Positions 1-14,278 of a stretch of 64,000 nt of DNA are shown here, in pieces. Below the pieces are notes generated by a model that saw only the letters and a program-made list of their open reading frames with translations, had not been told where the DNA came from and did not search any database. How positions within the stretch are numbered: the first letter of the stretch is position 1; each line of letters opens with the position of its first letter. Source of the stretch: Patellaria atrata CBS 101060 (lineage: Eukaryota); the NCBI GenBank assembly GCA_010093705.1, contig MU006105.1:163960-227959 (forward strand), in the 5' to 3' direction. The position numbers and the translations under genes were made by a program.

Positions 1-95
1 TTAAGGTATTATTAAGGTATTTATCGATATCGATCCGATACAATACTAATCCGTATTCGATAGTATCTAATACTAAAGTATTATTGGCCACACTG
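1..95. mobile_element. Possible right end of an AT-rich, degraded DNA transposon (hAT-like terminus)
   Basis: TpA-rich sequence with short internal repeats (ttaaggtatt x2, aatactaa x2) ends abruptly at ...tattggccacactg. The reverse complement CAGTGTGGCCAATA resembles CAGTG-starting hAT TIRs. The partner end lies outside the window. Confidence 0.3.
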
Positions 96-310
96 CTTCT
101 TGCCCCTGATTGGCGCACGGACTCACCGCCCACTGTTGCCCGCGTCAAAGCTGCATTTTCACATGAAAAATTCACGTGACCTGAGTTACCCCGGATTTAC
201 AGAATACGGTTAGTGCATCCATCTGATCTAATCTGACATCGGTGACATCAGATGAAACCAGATCCTTTGCCAATCCCCATGTTCTAAACAACATACTCTA
301 AAATCTTATC

Positions 311-1493
311 ATGTCCGACTTCACGGACGACAAAGCTCCCCATTGCATTCCCTTCATTCTCTCTCGCCTTGAAGAACACAAAGCTCGTTTTGTACGCGAA
401 CCAGCCCCACCCTTCTTCCTCGGTGTCAATGGTGTGCAAGGTGCCGGCAAATCCACATTAGTGCGTCTTCTCATCCGAGAAGAGTTAGAAGAGATTAAAC
501 GTTAAGAGTTAATTTACCAGGTTTCGGCCCTTCAACGCACCCTAAGCTCACCTCCACACAATCTCACAACCGTAGTCCTATCCATAGATGACCTCTACCT
601 TTCCCACTCTGAGCAAACTGCCCTCTCCCGCTCCAACCCCTCCAATCCTCTTATTCAACACCGGGGTCAGCCCTCGACACACGATCTGGAACTGGGACGT
701 AAGCTTTTCACTTCCTTACAGGAGGGGAATCCCTTCAAGATCCCCGCGTACGATAAAAGTGCTTTCAATGGTGCCGGGGACCGTACACCTGAGGAAACAT
801 GGCGAACCGTCAACGCCGAGGGAGACGAGAAGACCCAAGTTGTAATTTTTGAGGGATGGTGTGTAGGGTTCCGGCCCCTGACCGACGGAGAACTTGACCA
901 GACGTGGAAGACGGCGGTGGGGAGGGAGAAGCTTGCGCAGTTGGAGGGGAGGGAACCACCGTCGGGACGCTTAGGGAAGCAGAAATTTCGTAATATCAAG
1001 TTTATTAATGAGGCCTTGAAGGGATACGATGAATTGACCAAGTCGGTCTTCCTGAATTTTCTTGTTAAGGGATTAATAGATGACTGATCCTTCGAAGTCA
1101 ACTTGATGCTTTTATTCATATGTGAGTTCCTTCATTAGAAACAGGGCTTCAGATACGGGTCGAGACGATGAGGGTGGCTGACTTGACCCTCTATCTAGCG
1201 ATGCGGAAGATCCGATATACGTCTATGACTGGCGGCGCGAAGCAGAAGCTACCTTACGCGCGACTAAAGGGTCCGGCATGACGGATGAACAAGTTGTAGA
1301 GTTTGTGAATGGTTGTGAGTAACCCTAATTCCTAGACATAAATATCCATACCAGAGTACTGAACTGTGTAGACTATCCAGCGTATGAGTTATACACCTCT
1401 GACCTGCGCCATGGGATCTTTAACGACCCTGTTCGACAGCTTCGATTAGTGGTGGGGAAGGATAGGAAAGTTAAGAAGGTAGATGTGATTTAA
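311..1493 (+). CDS. TDA10: P-loop kinase, Tda10/D-glycerate 3-kinase-like
   Basis: Walker A GVQGAGKST, LSIDDLYL, HRGQPSTHD, IPAYDKS, VIFEGWCVGF, YVYDWR, GMTDEQV, YYPAYELY. Exons 311-460, 521-1041, 1098-1121, 1199-1314, 1372-1493 with GT-AG introns. Confidence 0.85.
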
Positions 1494-2128
1494 TGCTTAT
1501 GAGTGATGTGGTAGAAGAATAAATATGTCTAAGAAGAATAAAGAGATGTGAGATAAATTTGAATAGTAGAGATACAGCAATAAATCCCTTAATATAAAAA
1601 ACAATGAAGAACGATTATCCATCAACCGTAATCGCTTAGTGATGATTGCCCTATCCGGTTCCCCGTCATAGTTGGCGTTATTCCGTGTCTGTACACTTAT
1701 AAGAGAAACTTACTAGCATACTGTTAACTCTGTATTCTCAAGCAAACTCGAATGTCTGTACGGTCAAGGCCTAAGTACAATCAGGGGTATTCCACTTCCC
1801 TGTACAGAGGGGTTAGCAACGACCTTGAGCGAACGTACAGTAAGTCCAAAGGTTTATGCAAGTAGGTTCTGTGTATCATTGGGAGAAGTTTTACCTTTTT
1901 GCATCTCCTATACAGAAATTTAGAGAAGAGTGCCGGCACAGTAGTTGAATAATGGCCAAGGAGATATCCATCGTAAAACCCTAAATCGAGAATTCGGCGC
2001 ATATCGTGTTATTTGTACAATATTAAGTGCCGACAGTGAATCTGTACTATTATTCAAGCATTATCTCTAGTCTAATCATCGTGGCCTCCATATTCCCCCT
2101 GCTGGTTGTTTAATAGTGGATCTCAGAA

Positions 2129-3658
2129 TTAGTCGCTCCAGTACGTTGCCCACTTGCTCCTTCCGTTCACAACGTCTACAAAGTTCTTGGCAATAATCCT
2201 ATCTGTTTGCTCCGAGGGATGAAGTTCGTCATACCACAGATACGCGTCTGGGTCGCCTTGTGGTGTGCATGTGTTGTTTACGCAATGGTTCTGATAACCC
2301 TGAACATTGGGCGGGCCAGTTCCGTTCAGGTAACGGGTAGGATTATAGTATATGTCAGAAAGCTAAAATCAAAGTTAGCTGGTAAGATATGTCAAAGAGA
2401 GAAATTCAGTTCGGGTCATCTTCGATATTCTCGAACTGTTCTGGATGTGGAAGATGGGGATTGAGGGAAGAGCAACCCACCAAATCGTAAGTGTCAAAAA
2501 CAGCAAAATGTGCACCAGGGTATCTGCGCTTGACCTTCGTTTCGTATGGGGTACGATATTTGTAGTTATCGTTGACCAAGGCAACATACTCCTTAATCTT
2601 TTCATGGGCTGCTGTGATATTTGCCCACTTGTCCGGCCAAAACTGGGTGGTGGCTAGGCCTCCTGCATCCATCGGGGCATACTGCGGGAGGAGTTCCAAA
2701 GGGGCAGCATTCATGATGACAAAATATCTTGCCCCATTCTTGTACAGCTTTTCCAACTGACCGTAAACACAGTCGAGGTAATCACTGATGGTCTTTCCCT
2801 TAACTTGGCTGTCTGTTAAGAAGGCATAGTTACCTAGATCGTTCGTTCCGATCCATATGCTGTAAACGGTTTGAGATGCCGAGATATCGAGCGTTGGTTT
2901 CCTGTGGGTTCGATGGTGAGAGTCAGCTATGAAAGCGGGCACCTCATACTCCGCTACCGCAGGAAAGTTGTCGTTGATTGGACCGAACCAGCGAGGTGTT
3001 ACAGCATTGGAACACACAGCACCACTGACTGCGTAGTTGTAGAGTTTGGCACCGGTATATTGGGAGACATAGCGAGCCCATACACGACCTCCGGAAGCGG
3101 TAACAGCTCCCTAAAAAAAATTTCAACTTGTCAGTTACTAAAGGACGGGAGTTTTATCCAGTGGTCCATATCAGTTCTAGAATAATATTCCATCAAGATG
3201 AGGGAGATGCATTACAATAAACGAATACACAACGGTTCATAGAATGGATTCTCAGGTCAGCAATGAAAATTCCGATGGAAGCAACAATTTGATAACGCTT
3301 AGGATGATTTTTTAGGCACGAAGATGTGTTTTGCGGTCTATTTGTAATTCCCATATTGAAAGTACAACTCAGAAATCTAGACACGAATGACCGTGGGAAG
3401 GTGATTGACTGGCGACTATCAAGAAAAGGGAGAGAGAGAGTGTGTGAAAACCAATCCTACCTCCGGTCCTATCCATCCAACGGGCGGTGCGCTTCCATTA
3501 TTGTTGTAGAAATAACCCAAGCGCGACTCGTCCGTGTAGCTGTCACCGAATGCCACAAGACTCCTTAACTTGCGAATACTCCATACATCCCTAGGGGACG
3601 CAAGGGTCAATTGGACACATAGTGTGATGCCAAGTAGAATTGGCGAGGGTAAACGCAT
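2129..3658 (-). CDS. Secreted GDSL/SGNH esterase (carbohydrate esterase family 16-like acetylesterase)
   Basis: Signal peptide MRLPSPILLGITLCVQLTLA; LVAFGDSYTDE, NYAVSGAVCSN, WIGTNDLG, WYDELHPSEQ blocks; spliced, with a first intron of about 350 nt. Confidence 0.88.
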
Positions 3659-4569
3659 CTTTGAATGCCAATGGACGATAAGAGAGATTCGCCACAAACC
3701 TAAAGATACGGAAAGTCCAAGGAGCTCACTTTATATATGACTCCCATGGTGAAGTCAGGTAATTTAGGTTACCCGGTTCAAGGGAATCCCTCTGACCGAG
3801 ATTGCAGTGTATAGATGAAAAAGAAGTACAGGAGATCTCTCTAGACTGCGTTCTTTGCTAGGAAGAGCCTGTGTGATGTAACGACGCTTTGATACTCGAT
3901 ATTTAGCGAAGGAAAGATATTGGACGTTGCGAAGAAAAATGATATAAAACTAACCTAAGACGGCCTGAAAGTAATACGGATTAACCCGTAGTGATTATTA
4001 GTCGACTTCCATGCCTTACAGCCTATTTATGCTGCATTAAAAACTACCCGGCTTGCGGGGAAGATGGCGTATGCAACGCAGGTACCACTGACAATCTACG
4101 CACTGTGAATGCTTGGCTTTCTTAACTGACTTAAGAAATCCTTCCTATCGTCAACTATACCTATTAGAGTACGCAAAGAATTTCTGAACAGAAAGAGATG
4201 AATGAAAGGAACAGCTTAAATTGAAATGTTGAAAGTCCACAGAGTCAATCAATAAGAAACATGTCGGGATCTGTGATGAGTATTGCTTGCTATCTTTTGG
4301 GTAATTGCAAGATTTCCAGACTGGCTAATGTAGAATTGGAATGTTCCATGTCCTAATGTCGATTGGATAACCCAGTTGAAGCATTGACAGTAAACCCGTA
4401 CCTAGAAGCGGTGAAAACATTGCATTTTCCATGATCGTAGATTTCCTCATGTCTTCGGACGTGCGAATCCATTCGAACACTGTTTGTCAAGTCGCTGCTA
4501 ACAGAAACGTGGTAAGCACATGAAAACTGATGCAAGGAGGTACAACGTCACATTATTCAAGTGACAAAG

Positions 4570-5010
4570 TTACGGTGTAAGGTGCTCGTAGCTGTGGTAA
4601 TGTGAATATCCTGTCGTGAGCTGTTGGGAGATATATCGTTCTATCAACCGGCCCATATTCGGCCCATACTCGCACGAATCGATCCGAAATGCAAAGGGCT
4701 TCGAATCAGAAATGCAGTTGCCACATCGGCACGCGCGCTTGATCGATCGGAATTCATTTAGCCGGGTAACCGGAGGGATTGTCAGAGAGTGTACCTTAGG
4801 AATGAGTATCTCTTTGCCTGATGTTAAACTGAGGTCGAGAACTTCAGACGTGAAAGGGCATAGGGTTAACCCCCAAGTTCTCCAACAGTCCAGGCGCCCC
4901 GAGCCCCCCCCCAAAAAAAAAGCCCTGAACCAGCGCCACCGCGATCGTCAACAAACACATCGGGGATATGTACGAGCTCGCCTCGCAGCTCAAGCACAGG
5001 GATACCTCAT
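4570..5010 (-). CDS. Candidate small spliced orphan gene (unverified)
   Basis: TATA-like cataaata near 5053-5060, CT-rich leader, then ATGAG|GTATCC...GTTGAC...TTCAG intron (5005-4925) that places the ATG in frame with the 114-aa ORF 4570-4914. No recognisable domain. Confidence 0.22.
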
Positions 5011-6867
5011 GAAGTTGCTGGGTGAGCGTGTGAGTGAGAGGGCACGGAAGGGTATTTATGAAAGGTTGCCGAAGCTGTCACATGCAAAATGTCACGCATG
5101 CTAGAGGAAGGGTATGTACCTTATTAGATGGGAAGATCAAAAGATGAGGTGGTGTAACTCCTGAGCTTCTTGCAGCAGAGCGCCATGTCAGGTGCCCAAA
5201 ACCTTATGCGAGGCAAGAGCGAGGAGACGAGTTTGGACAAGGCATCCGTGAAGGGCCGACCACCACAGTTAGCTAGAATCAACAAGCCGTTCAAGGTGCA
5301 AGTAGGAGTAAGCAGTCTGGGCCATTTATCTGCGGAATAGCGGGTTGTGGATCTTCAGTGACCGGCATGCTTTACCCCCGAACCGGTCTCCGAATAGACT
5401 CATGCCCTGCCTGCTTGTTTTGTCCATTTCCGACCAACATCAGTCCCGTGGAGGTATAGCGCTACGATCTTTAACTCTATTCAATCGGGTAGCATTTGTA
5501 CTACTCGTGCTTGGGCAAGAGGGTTAAGGACGTTAGAACCCAACGTCTCTCTCCTGACTACTGCTGTAAAATGTAAAATGCTTCACGAGACCAGATCAGG
5601 CCTTGGATGTCTTCCTCTCGGGATACTATATATATTTCTGTAGCAATATAGGAATCAGAAAACTCAAATCAAACCTATTCGTGGCTGACGGGTCGTAAGT
5701 TTTTCGCATTCTTGATCAAGCCCTTTTTTTTGCGAGTTCTTTAGAACTAGTTCCCTTCTGTATCCATGGAATCAAGATCCCAACTCGTTGCGCTGGGCTC
5801 GTTACCCCGTCGTTACCACTCCACCGGATACTTATGGCCTTGCTGCCCATTATTCTTGACTTCGGCCTTTGCAGAAAATCTTGGCCTGCCTGCCCTGAAG
5901 GTCATTGACCAACTTTGAATTTGCTTTCTTCCCAGCCCAATTTCAGTCATGAAGTCTTGCTTGCACCGCGTCTTGCTTCGTCCTCCTATTTATTGAAATC
6001 TATCCTACCTAAGTCGTCTATCCTTTGCTGTATGAATGCCCCTTGAGTAGAGTGCTGATGGCCAGTTTCGTCTTTGCCGCCCGTTTCCCCCTGCGCGCTC
6101 ATGCGCTTCCACCTCCTAAAGGTAATGCAACCGCCGCAGACTGGCGGAGGTCACCAGTCAGCCCACGTTAGATGCATCCCTCCCTGTCTGGGAACATGGA
6201 AACTCTGCTCACGTCAACATGAACATCTACTTTTCTTAAGCTCTGTCTCATTGTCGACGTAGATACGACATTCTGAATAAGTCTCGCAGCTGCGGTATTC
6301 CATTTGGTTATCCATTCATAGAGACCCTCTACGTAGTGATAGAGACCATCGGCCAGAACGATTCAAAGACCATGCGAACGTCTACTGGACTTGCATTTAC
6401 CATGGAATAGGCCTGTACAGGAAACCTTTGTGCAGGACAGGTTCTTTTGAAGTCAAGATAAGCATAGGAGGTCGTGTCGGGTAGTAGTGGCTATCGAGTA
6501 CGTCTTGTTGAGCAGCTGTGTCTTTAGATCAGCTGTACTCTTTACCTGCTTTGCAAACGATTCTGACAAATGTTTTACAGATGGTAGCGCGAGTGAGTAT
6601 CAGTGGCCCATTTCTCTAAGCAATAGCGAACGTTACGAGAACCATTGTTGGAAGCCGGCGTATTCGCCGTTGTGTCTGTCTACGAAAGTTGAATTACAAA
6701 AAGTATTTAGATGCTGATAACAGAGTGGATGAAGCATAAGGTAGCAATGTACGAAATCGAAAGAAGCTCATCCGACGTTAGGAACGTCAGTCAAGCTTGG
6801 TGAACGACGGAAAAGTGGGAGGGGAGCACCACGTCCAGGAAAGGAAGCAGCACCAGGGCATTCAACG

Positions 6868-8269
6868 TTAACGCTTCTTTCCCCAAGCAACCGTACTTCA
6901 CCTCGTCAGCGTAATCTCTTCCTAGTCTGAAGTGCGTCAACCTACAGTGGCATATAAAGTTTGAGACTCGCATTATTCAACTCCATACGTGCAGCTTGTA
7001 TGAGACTGTCGACTCTGTCCTTCGGCCATTGAGCAAACTGGGTGAAAGGATATATCGCAAGCGACTCGATCATCTTACTCATGTTTTCGACATTCAGTCG
7101 TCCGATCTCGCGGTACTTCGGATCTGTAACAGCGTTCGATCAGCCTGGAACGAGTCTCTGTCTACCTGTTGACGTGATAAAGAATAAAGCGGAGTCTGGT
7201 GTATGGAATACATGACGCGTATAGAATGTTCGATGCATCCCACAGTACGCGGTCAAGAGCTAGTGTACATCGTGTTCCAAAGGGGACCTTACCGGTATGC
7301 CAACCACCTATTGGTAAATTATATGTCGTTGCGGAAACTTCAGCGAAGTTAGCACTCTCCAACCAACCTCTTAGCTCTCTGCCCGCTCGGATTTCTCGCT
7401 TGACTGGGTTTTCCATACACCAAACGAATGCTTCCCGCCATCTCGATAAAGCATGATCATCCGTTAAAGAACCATTGTCTGACTGAAAGATATAGTTGAA
7501 CTCGACTAGTTGAACCCACCCGTTCTTTTTCAGGAGTTTTCTTATGTCTCGCAAGTAAGATGTCCATCTTGATTTTTGGATCCCAAGTGCTATCAGACGA
7601 GAGTGTACCAGGTCGTAACTGTCACGTCTGAAAGGTAGAGTCTCGTTGAGATCCCAGACCCACCAATCCACATTATCAGTCTCTTGAACCTCTGCTTCAG
7701 CCGGGAAAATGTCGACAGCGGTGACCTTGAACGGAGATTTGTTAGCACAACCTCTCTAATCCAATGAAAGTATGAGGAAATATCGACAGGGTGTGGATAA
7801 CAAGGAGAACTTATGATCAGATATCTTACAGTCTCGCTGGCGTACTGTATAAGATTCTTTCTTCGTCTTACCTTGCTTTGGTCATATGTAGCACCGAATG
7901 AGCACGCCCATTGGCCTCTCCCATAACCACAGTCAAGTACGTTCAGAGGATACTGAATGGGTGCAAAGAAGAGGTGGCCGTCGAAAAGTCGTTGTAGAAT
8001 GAAATATTGATCGTTAAGTCTGTCTTCCTCTTCCTTGTCAACTAGTCAGCTCACAATTTCTAGAGCACGGGCCGTGACGTTGGCCTCATTTTTACCAAGG
8101 TCAAACTATGCGGAATGGCTTAGCTGCCCAGCTTGCTTGCTTTAAGACGCACCTCATCAACTGGGACGCAATAGATACGTTTCTCAACCGAGAACCTTTG
8201 GAAGTCGCGGTCATGATACTCTATCAGTTCCTTGTGCTCTTGGTCAACTTGTTCCCCAGTATCCGCCAT
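6868..8269 (-). CDS. SAM-dependent methyltransferase, LaeA-like family
   Basis: YCVPVDEEEEDRL, motif I VLDCGYGRGQW, VTAVDI, YDLVHSR, LKKNGWVQLVE, LPIGGW, LKLYMPLTVAWGKKR*; four GT-AG introns. Confidence 0.88.
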
Positions 8270-11200
8270 GTCGGGAATACTGCAAGCTGTTTATGAGTCT
8301 GAGTACCAATGTAACGGGCACCTATTGATCTCAGGCTTTTATCCGATGGGATGGATCTGGAACTACTATGCCGTAGTAATTGTGCGGAGATCTAAAAGCA
8401 TGGATCAAAGAAGCCTTCGAGTCGAATGCTGGATATACCTACGTTATAACATGAGGTAAGTACTCCTGACAAAACATGTGCTTGTCAGTGCTCTACATAT
8501 GAGCATAATGTCGACAAACTCCTGATGTCCTAGATCGGGGCCCAAAGTCGTAACGCTATAAAGAACTTTTTGAAGCTAGAAGATTTCAAATCGCACAGCG
8601 CGCTGCAATATAATTTAAGGATTGAATTGCACAAAACATCTTTAGCGGGTGACTTGCATCCAACCCAATGATGGTCCCGACATCTTTTCGAGCCACCGGT
8701 TGAAACGTCTCGACACAATCTGAAAATCATGTCTCACCTGACGTATCCGACAAGGGCGTTCGGGCACTGAGGCCCGTCCCACACCGGGCTGCCACAATTA
8801 GGCGATCCCAAAAATCTTCCTAGAAGCCTTGGACCATCTCGAAAAAAGACGGTGTACGCGCTGTCCCTGGTCCTTTATCCCAGTATTTAATAGCTCGGAG
8901 ACTGTGTGGCTCTCTCCTCCAGGAACGGCAGTGAGGCGGGAGGGCACATACGTGCAGTACCATTTGCTGCAAATGTTTTGTACGAGCATGTTGAGGCCCA
9001 AATGGTGGAAGAAAAAGCAAAATTTGCAGAGGGCGTCCTTTCGGCGATATCAAACGCACATATGGACATGCTTATTCTAAGTCAATCTCTAGGGTTCACT
9101 AGAGAGCCATGTTTTCCGGAGGACTACGAAAAGAGCTAGAACAGTCGAAGTCATATACTCGGATTCCCCAAGATTTTCACTGCGTATCTGATGGTCCCGG
9201 AACCTAAAAAGCTTCTACACTAGTTGGCCACTAACGTCGAACTTCATATCGAAATTTTCACGCTCTTCGGCCTAGTTATCGATTCCTATGTTAATAGATG
9301 ATTGATATTCCAAGAGAGTTCTTCGCTTAGGATGTATTGGGATGGTAGCAAAATGTTTGAAAAGTTTGACGATGACATCAACGGCTTCCGGCCACACTTC
9401 CATACTGGTTGCAGACTCAGGTTACGAGGCTAGTGAGTCCACGTATAAAGCTAGCTACCGACTCCATATCTACCCTGCGTCAGTGGTGTCTCTCATTACA
9501 GTCCGCCGCCGGCAGCGCCCGATAAGGTTCGAAACAACAGTCACCCATGTCCATGGACTTGGGACGCGGGGATTCGGTTTTACTTGAGAGCGCAGATGTC
9601 TTCCTTTCCGTCCTTTCAGTTCTTCTCATGCATGATGCCGTGGAATTTCAGTGTCTTCCAAATCCTACCATGTAGGAGCACGGATAGCTTCTATCGAAGT
9701 GTTAAACAGGCTATGCTGATCAAGGACAGGGATCGGCCAACAGAAAATGACTTGGCGACCAAGAATTGCTGGATGTGAAATCTACCCGACAGCATCGTCT
9801 CGTACTGAATATCATCCTCATGCACTTGGCCAGAAGCGAGCGGCTTTAGTCCTCAAATGTGATACATCCCACCCAGTCCACAGTAGGAGGCCGCAGTTAG
9901 GCAATGCCAGCAAGAACCACCGATGGGAATCCTGTTTTCTTGAACGACGTTTATCACACCCAATACGAGTTTGCTCCATCCGAAGATGGAAGGCCGCTCA
10001 GGCATTAGGAATATCCTGGAACTGTTGGACAACCGGGATTGCCGGCATTACCCAGGTCTCCTTAGCACGTGGTCCGCTACTGCCGTACTCCATGTGCAGC
10101 TATCATCACAATAATGGGGTTGAAAACCATCATAAATGCGGTGCTTTGCATCCCCTCCTTAAGGGCAATGTAGCTTACATGCTATTCATTGCTGCTCTAT
10201 CGAAAACTATCCGTGCACTGCAAAATCAGTAAGCTTATCGCCTTCAAGTCTCCGGGGCGTCTACGTTGAGAAATACCTGATGCTGCGGGGGACATATACT
10301 GCCTCCTCAGTATTGTGTGAGGTGTGGTCATGCAGCCTTGTTCACATATGTTCTCTGCGGTTTTGATTGCTCGCCCGGTAGAATCTCCAAATGAAATCAC
10401 CAGGAATACTAGTTGAGCGAAGCCGATAGTCTGGAAAGAGTTCTTTATTCGCTGACGGATTTATTAGCACTCTCTACATCTGACGTTCTCTTCCCCTGCA
10501 TTTCCTAGCACATTTGCTCTGGTCCGCTGATCACAGTACTGCAGGCGGTGACTGTACATCTGATATACATTCCCCATTTGAGTCGTCATGTTTGTGAGCA
10601 GAGGAGAAAGCGTTTGTCGGATTCCACAACGTACTTTATTCCTGCATTGCAATTGAATCAATTGTGCAAGCAATATCTTGTTGACCGGGGCGTAAACAGA
10701 AAGACTCAAGTTGATCTGAATGGAAACACAACCTTGGACTTGAGGACTTCGCCGTCAAATCTATCCTGAGCATGTCCATCAATAAGTGCGCCACTGATAT
10801 GTCAAGACAGTGGAAGAATGATTACGGACCATCGTTTCACAATTACCGCATAATGATAATGAAGTACAGCGGTTCTACGGCTTGCATATGCTCAACGTAC
10901 CTACTTCTCACCAACGTCGGCTAACGACCCTGTACGCTTCAAGTGATAGACATTTACATGCCACTAGATCATCCGGCTTATCTTTGTTGATGTATAGTAA
11001 GACATTCTTCATCACCCGATCATCCTTGTTTGCCTTACCGTGAGCAGGAATTGTTCGCTTTGCCCTCGGCATGCCGTGATCTGGGCTGCGGCCAGGATTT
11101 GCGACTTCTCAGGTCTGGGTCTCGGCCCCTCAGCCTTATTGTCGTTTCCCATGTCACTGCATATCGGCTGATCAGTCGGAGCCAATCGATCTTACCTTCG

Positions 11201-14200
11201 GATAACAAATCGGGCCTCTCAAGCATTCGGCATCCAGCAGTTCATGGCCGCTCTAATCCCATCTTTGAGGAACTTATATCTCCTGTAATCTGGAGAAGTC
11301 GTCTCAGCAAGCGATGTCTATTCGTCTTCAATCCTTGCTTTGTCCACATATCGGAATATTCTTGACGCTCAAAAATCGGGTCGCCCAGGTTCGCCTCAGA
11401 AAGCAAACCGGGATCTTCATTTGCGGAATGCGCATATACCGCTGGTGAAGAAACTTCCTGGAAGCGTATCCATGCAGACTTAGGTCATCTATGCACTCTG
11501 ATTCGCGTTTCTCCTCACGCAACGAACCTGGTAAAACGCGCCACATTTGGAATGGGTCGACCAGTATATGCGTGCCCCTTTATTGTTGTAACCTTGTTCA
11601 ATCCCACATTTACTGTCACCCTCCGATCATATGAGAGTTCTGAGCAGCAACCTTGGACTCAGTTAGTGGAAGAGTCCAACCGTACGGCTTGTCCCTGACC
11701 CCACCTGTTCCATCAATTCGCCAAACTACTATCACCTTCTCTCCCGACTCAACCGGGTAACGGAGAGCTGCATCTTTCAACCAGGAGTACCCCAAGGACA
11801 TCTGATCCAAACGCTGCCTCCGCCGTTCCACCTGCATATGTACTTGGTCTTGGCTTACACGAACCCTCAGCCTTCTAAGCACTAATCCCCTGGTAATATC
11901 ATTTGTCTTGCGGTTTGCAAAACAGGCGTTACAGGACAATATCATCCTAACTTCTAGGCTAAGTTCGAACATAGACAGTGATATTTCCATACATTGGGGC
12001 GGAAAGGCCTGAGGCGCCTTATAACGAATTATCCTTCATTCGGTATGTCGGAGAGTCTAATTGACTGCAAAAATGGCCAGTGTATTGCTAACTTCAGACT
12101 GGAACTTCATTGTGATCGATTGGATGTAGGAGAACACCGAAAAACCTCACGTTAAGCCGAATAGATTAACTTTAATTGGTATTATACGCTTTACACTTGT
12201 GAATTGACCTCGGTTAAGTGTCCGATTGCATAGTAATAGGTCACATGAGTGTTTCTCTTTTGCCATGTTCCAAGGACCTCATGCGTCCTCGATCTGAAGG
12301 TTTCAGTCTTCAAAATTCAATTGCTTTGCAAAGAGAGATTGTCATGATTCAACACGCATAGTCACACCTCCTGTACTACCCCTTCAGCCTGGAATGTCCT
12401 CTGCAGTGTCCATGCAGCTAGCTTATCTAATTGAGGCACAAAGAGGAGCAAGAGACAAACCTAGTGAGCTAGATCATCGATTTACAAGACCTAGCCTCAA
12501 GAATCAGAATTGTCCCACAAATCGACACTCCAAACTCAACACTACTCAGAAAAATAATTTGTGAATCTCTAGCGCGGATCCCGTTGAAGTATCCTCCAAC
12601 GGCATTTCAATACCTGCTTCATTGATATATCTACGCTGGTCATGGTCGACACTCCTCTACTGCTTTGCGCTTACTCTATACTCGCCGACACAATCCTGGT
12701 TATGATGATCCCTTTCACTCCAACATTGGTACGACTAATGAATTCATATAGCATGTAGCCGTTTGTACAGTAGGGCCCATTACGTACAACGGATCCGGTC
12801 GCCCTGTTCACCCGTTCACCGCACAGTAACGGGAATGGATAGGTTCTCGGAGGTTGCTGTGCCTCGCAACAGCAGTTCCAATCTAACTCCAGTAAATGCT
12901 AGCCCGTACCCGACTAACGCGAGTCCAACAGCCCTATCACGCCTTTTATGCAGTGTCATTCTTCTGTTCCCGCGCGGCTATCGTGTGATCACTCCAAATA
13001 GGTTTTTGGGCGTTCAAACCTTAACTACTTCTGTTCGTGCGGCATAATAAGGCGCAAGTGGTATCGATATCGTTTGTGGCTTAAGTTGAATCGAATCCTT
13101 CGAGAATTTGAGATCGGATTTAGAGTAGATGAATTCTGGTAAGGGGCTCTTTCGGTTTCACTCTTCCATTATCATCGATCAACTTCAGAATTTGTTCTCC
13201 CCCTTCTCATTCCTTGCTCATAATATGAACCTGCTATTACATTTCACATGTTAAGTTTAGTTCAAACGAACAGTACCAAATTCAGCGTTCAGTCGTCTCC
13301 CCAACGCCTATCACAATATAGCGGCGAAGCTCTATGAAACATAATACCTCTATCATTCAAGGTATAATTGTTATCTCTAAATATATGACCCCATTCAGAA
13401 TATTCTATTCTCCTTTAGCTTCTATCGGAATCTGATGTCCACATCGCCAAGATTTTCTCAGTTCACTCTTGTCTTTCAAGGCTTGCATACTTCCCGTAAA
13501 GCCAGCCTGACAAAAACTCCTTCATAAATCAATGTGCCACAGTGGCATTTGAAAGCTTAAACATAAATTTCATGACCGATGACCATAAGCCGTATTCCGC
13601 GCGAACTAGCTCTGCTACTGTTTCCACTTTGAGAAAAGAGCCCCAACCCAATCCCTCTGCTATATAGTACGCTGAAGCCGGAATATTGTCAGTGTGATGC
13701 TACTCCGCAACCACTTTCCCTCTTACTATAACTATATCATCTCTACTGGAGAACGAAGATCTATTGATAAGTGGACTTAAGTATAGGCTTCTACACTTTA
13801 CTATGATACTAGCGACAAATAACATTTCCTCAGACAAATGTATCTTCCATAAACCATCCGGAACTCACTAGGTCATAGGCACGAAATCCAAACGAGTTCT
13901 TAAATCAAAACACCGAATCTTTGAGCCACAGTAGGTCTAAAGCTCTTGATTGGATGGCTTTTGTTCTCGCCCATTAAGGTCTTGACATATTTGACATAGT
14001 GAGTCGAACATGTCACGGAATGCGCTACCGACGACAGCTTTGTTTTATCCACCAGCAGAGGCTATGTTGATATACATGTCCACAATTCTAGAGCATGGAA
14101 GTAGTCCCGGTCTCTATCTGGTGACGTTCTTAAGCGTTCTTATGAAATTTTCCTTCCGTCGAAACGTACCTTATGTCACGCATACCTCTCCCTATAGGCA

Positions 14201-14278
14201 AATACCGAGGTTATAACCACCTCGCTACTCTTTACCTGTCGCATCATTTATCATAAGAACCCCACCTATTGTACGCTC

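Noticed and set aside
4855..4875. TAGGGTTAA as a telomerase RNA template (TAACCCTA on the minus strand)
   Set aside because: Incomplete match to the expected 1.5-repeat template, no pseudoknot or Sm site seen, and a full-length fungal TER would run into the esterase gene.
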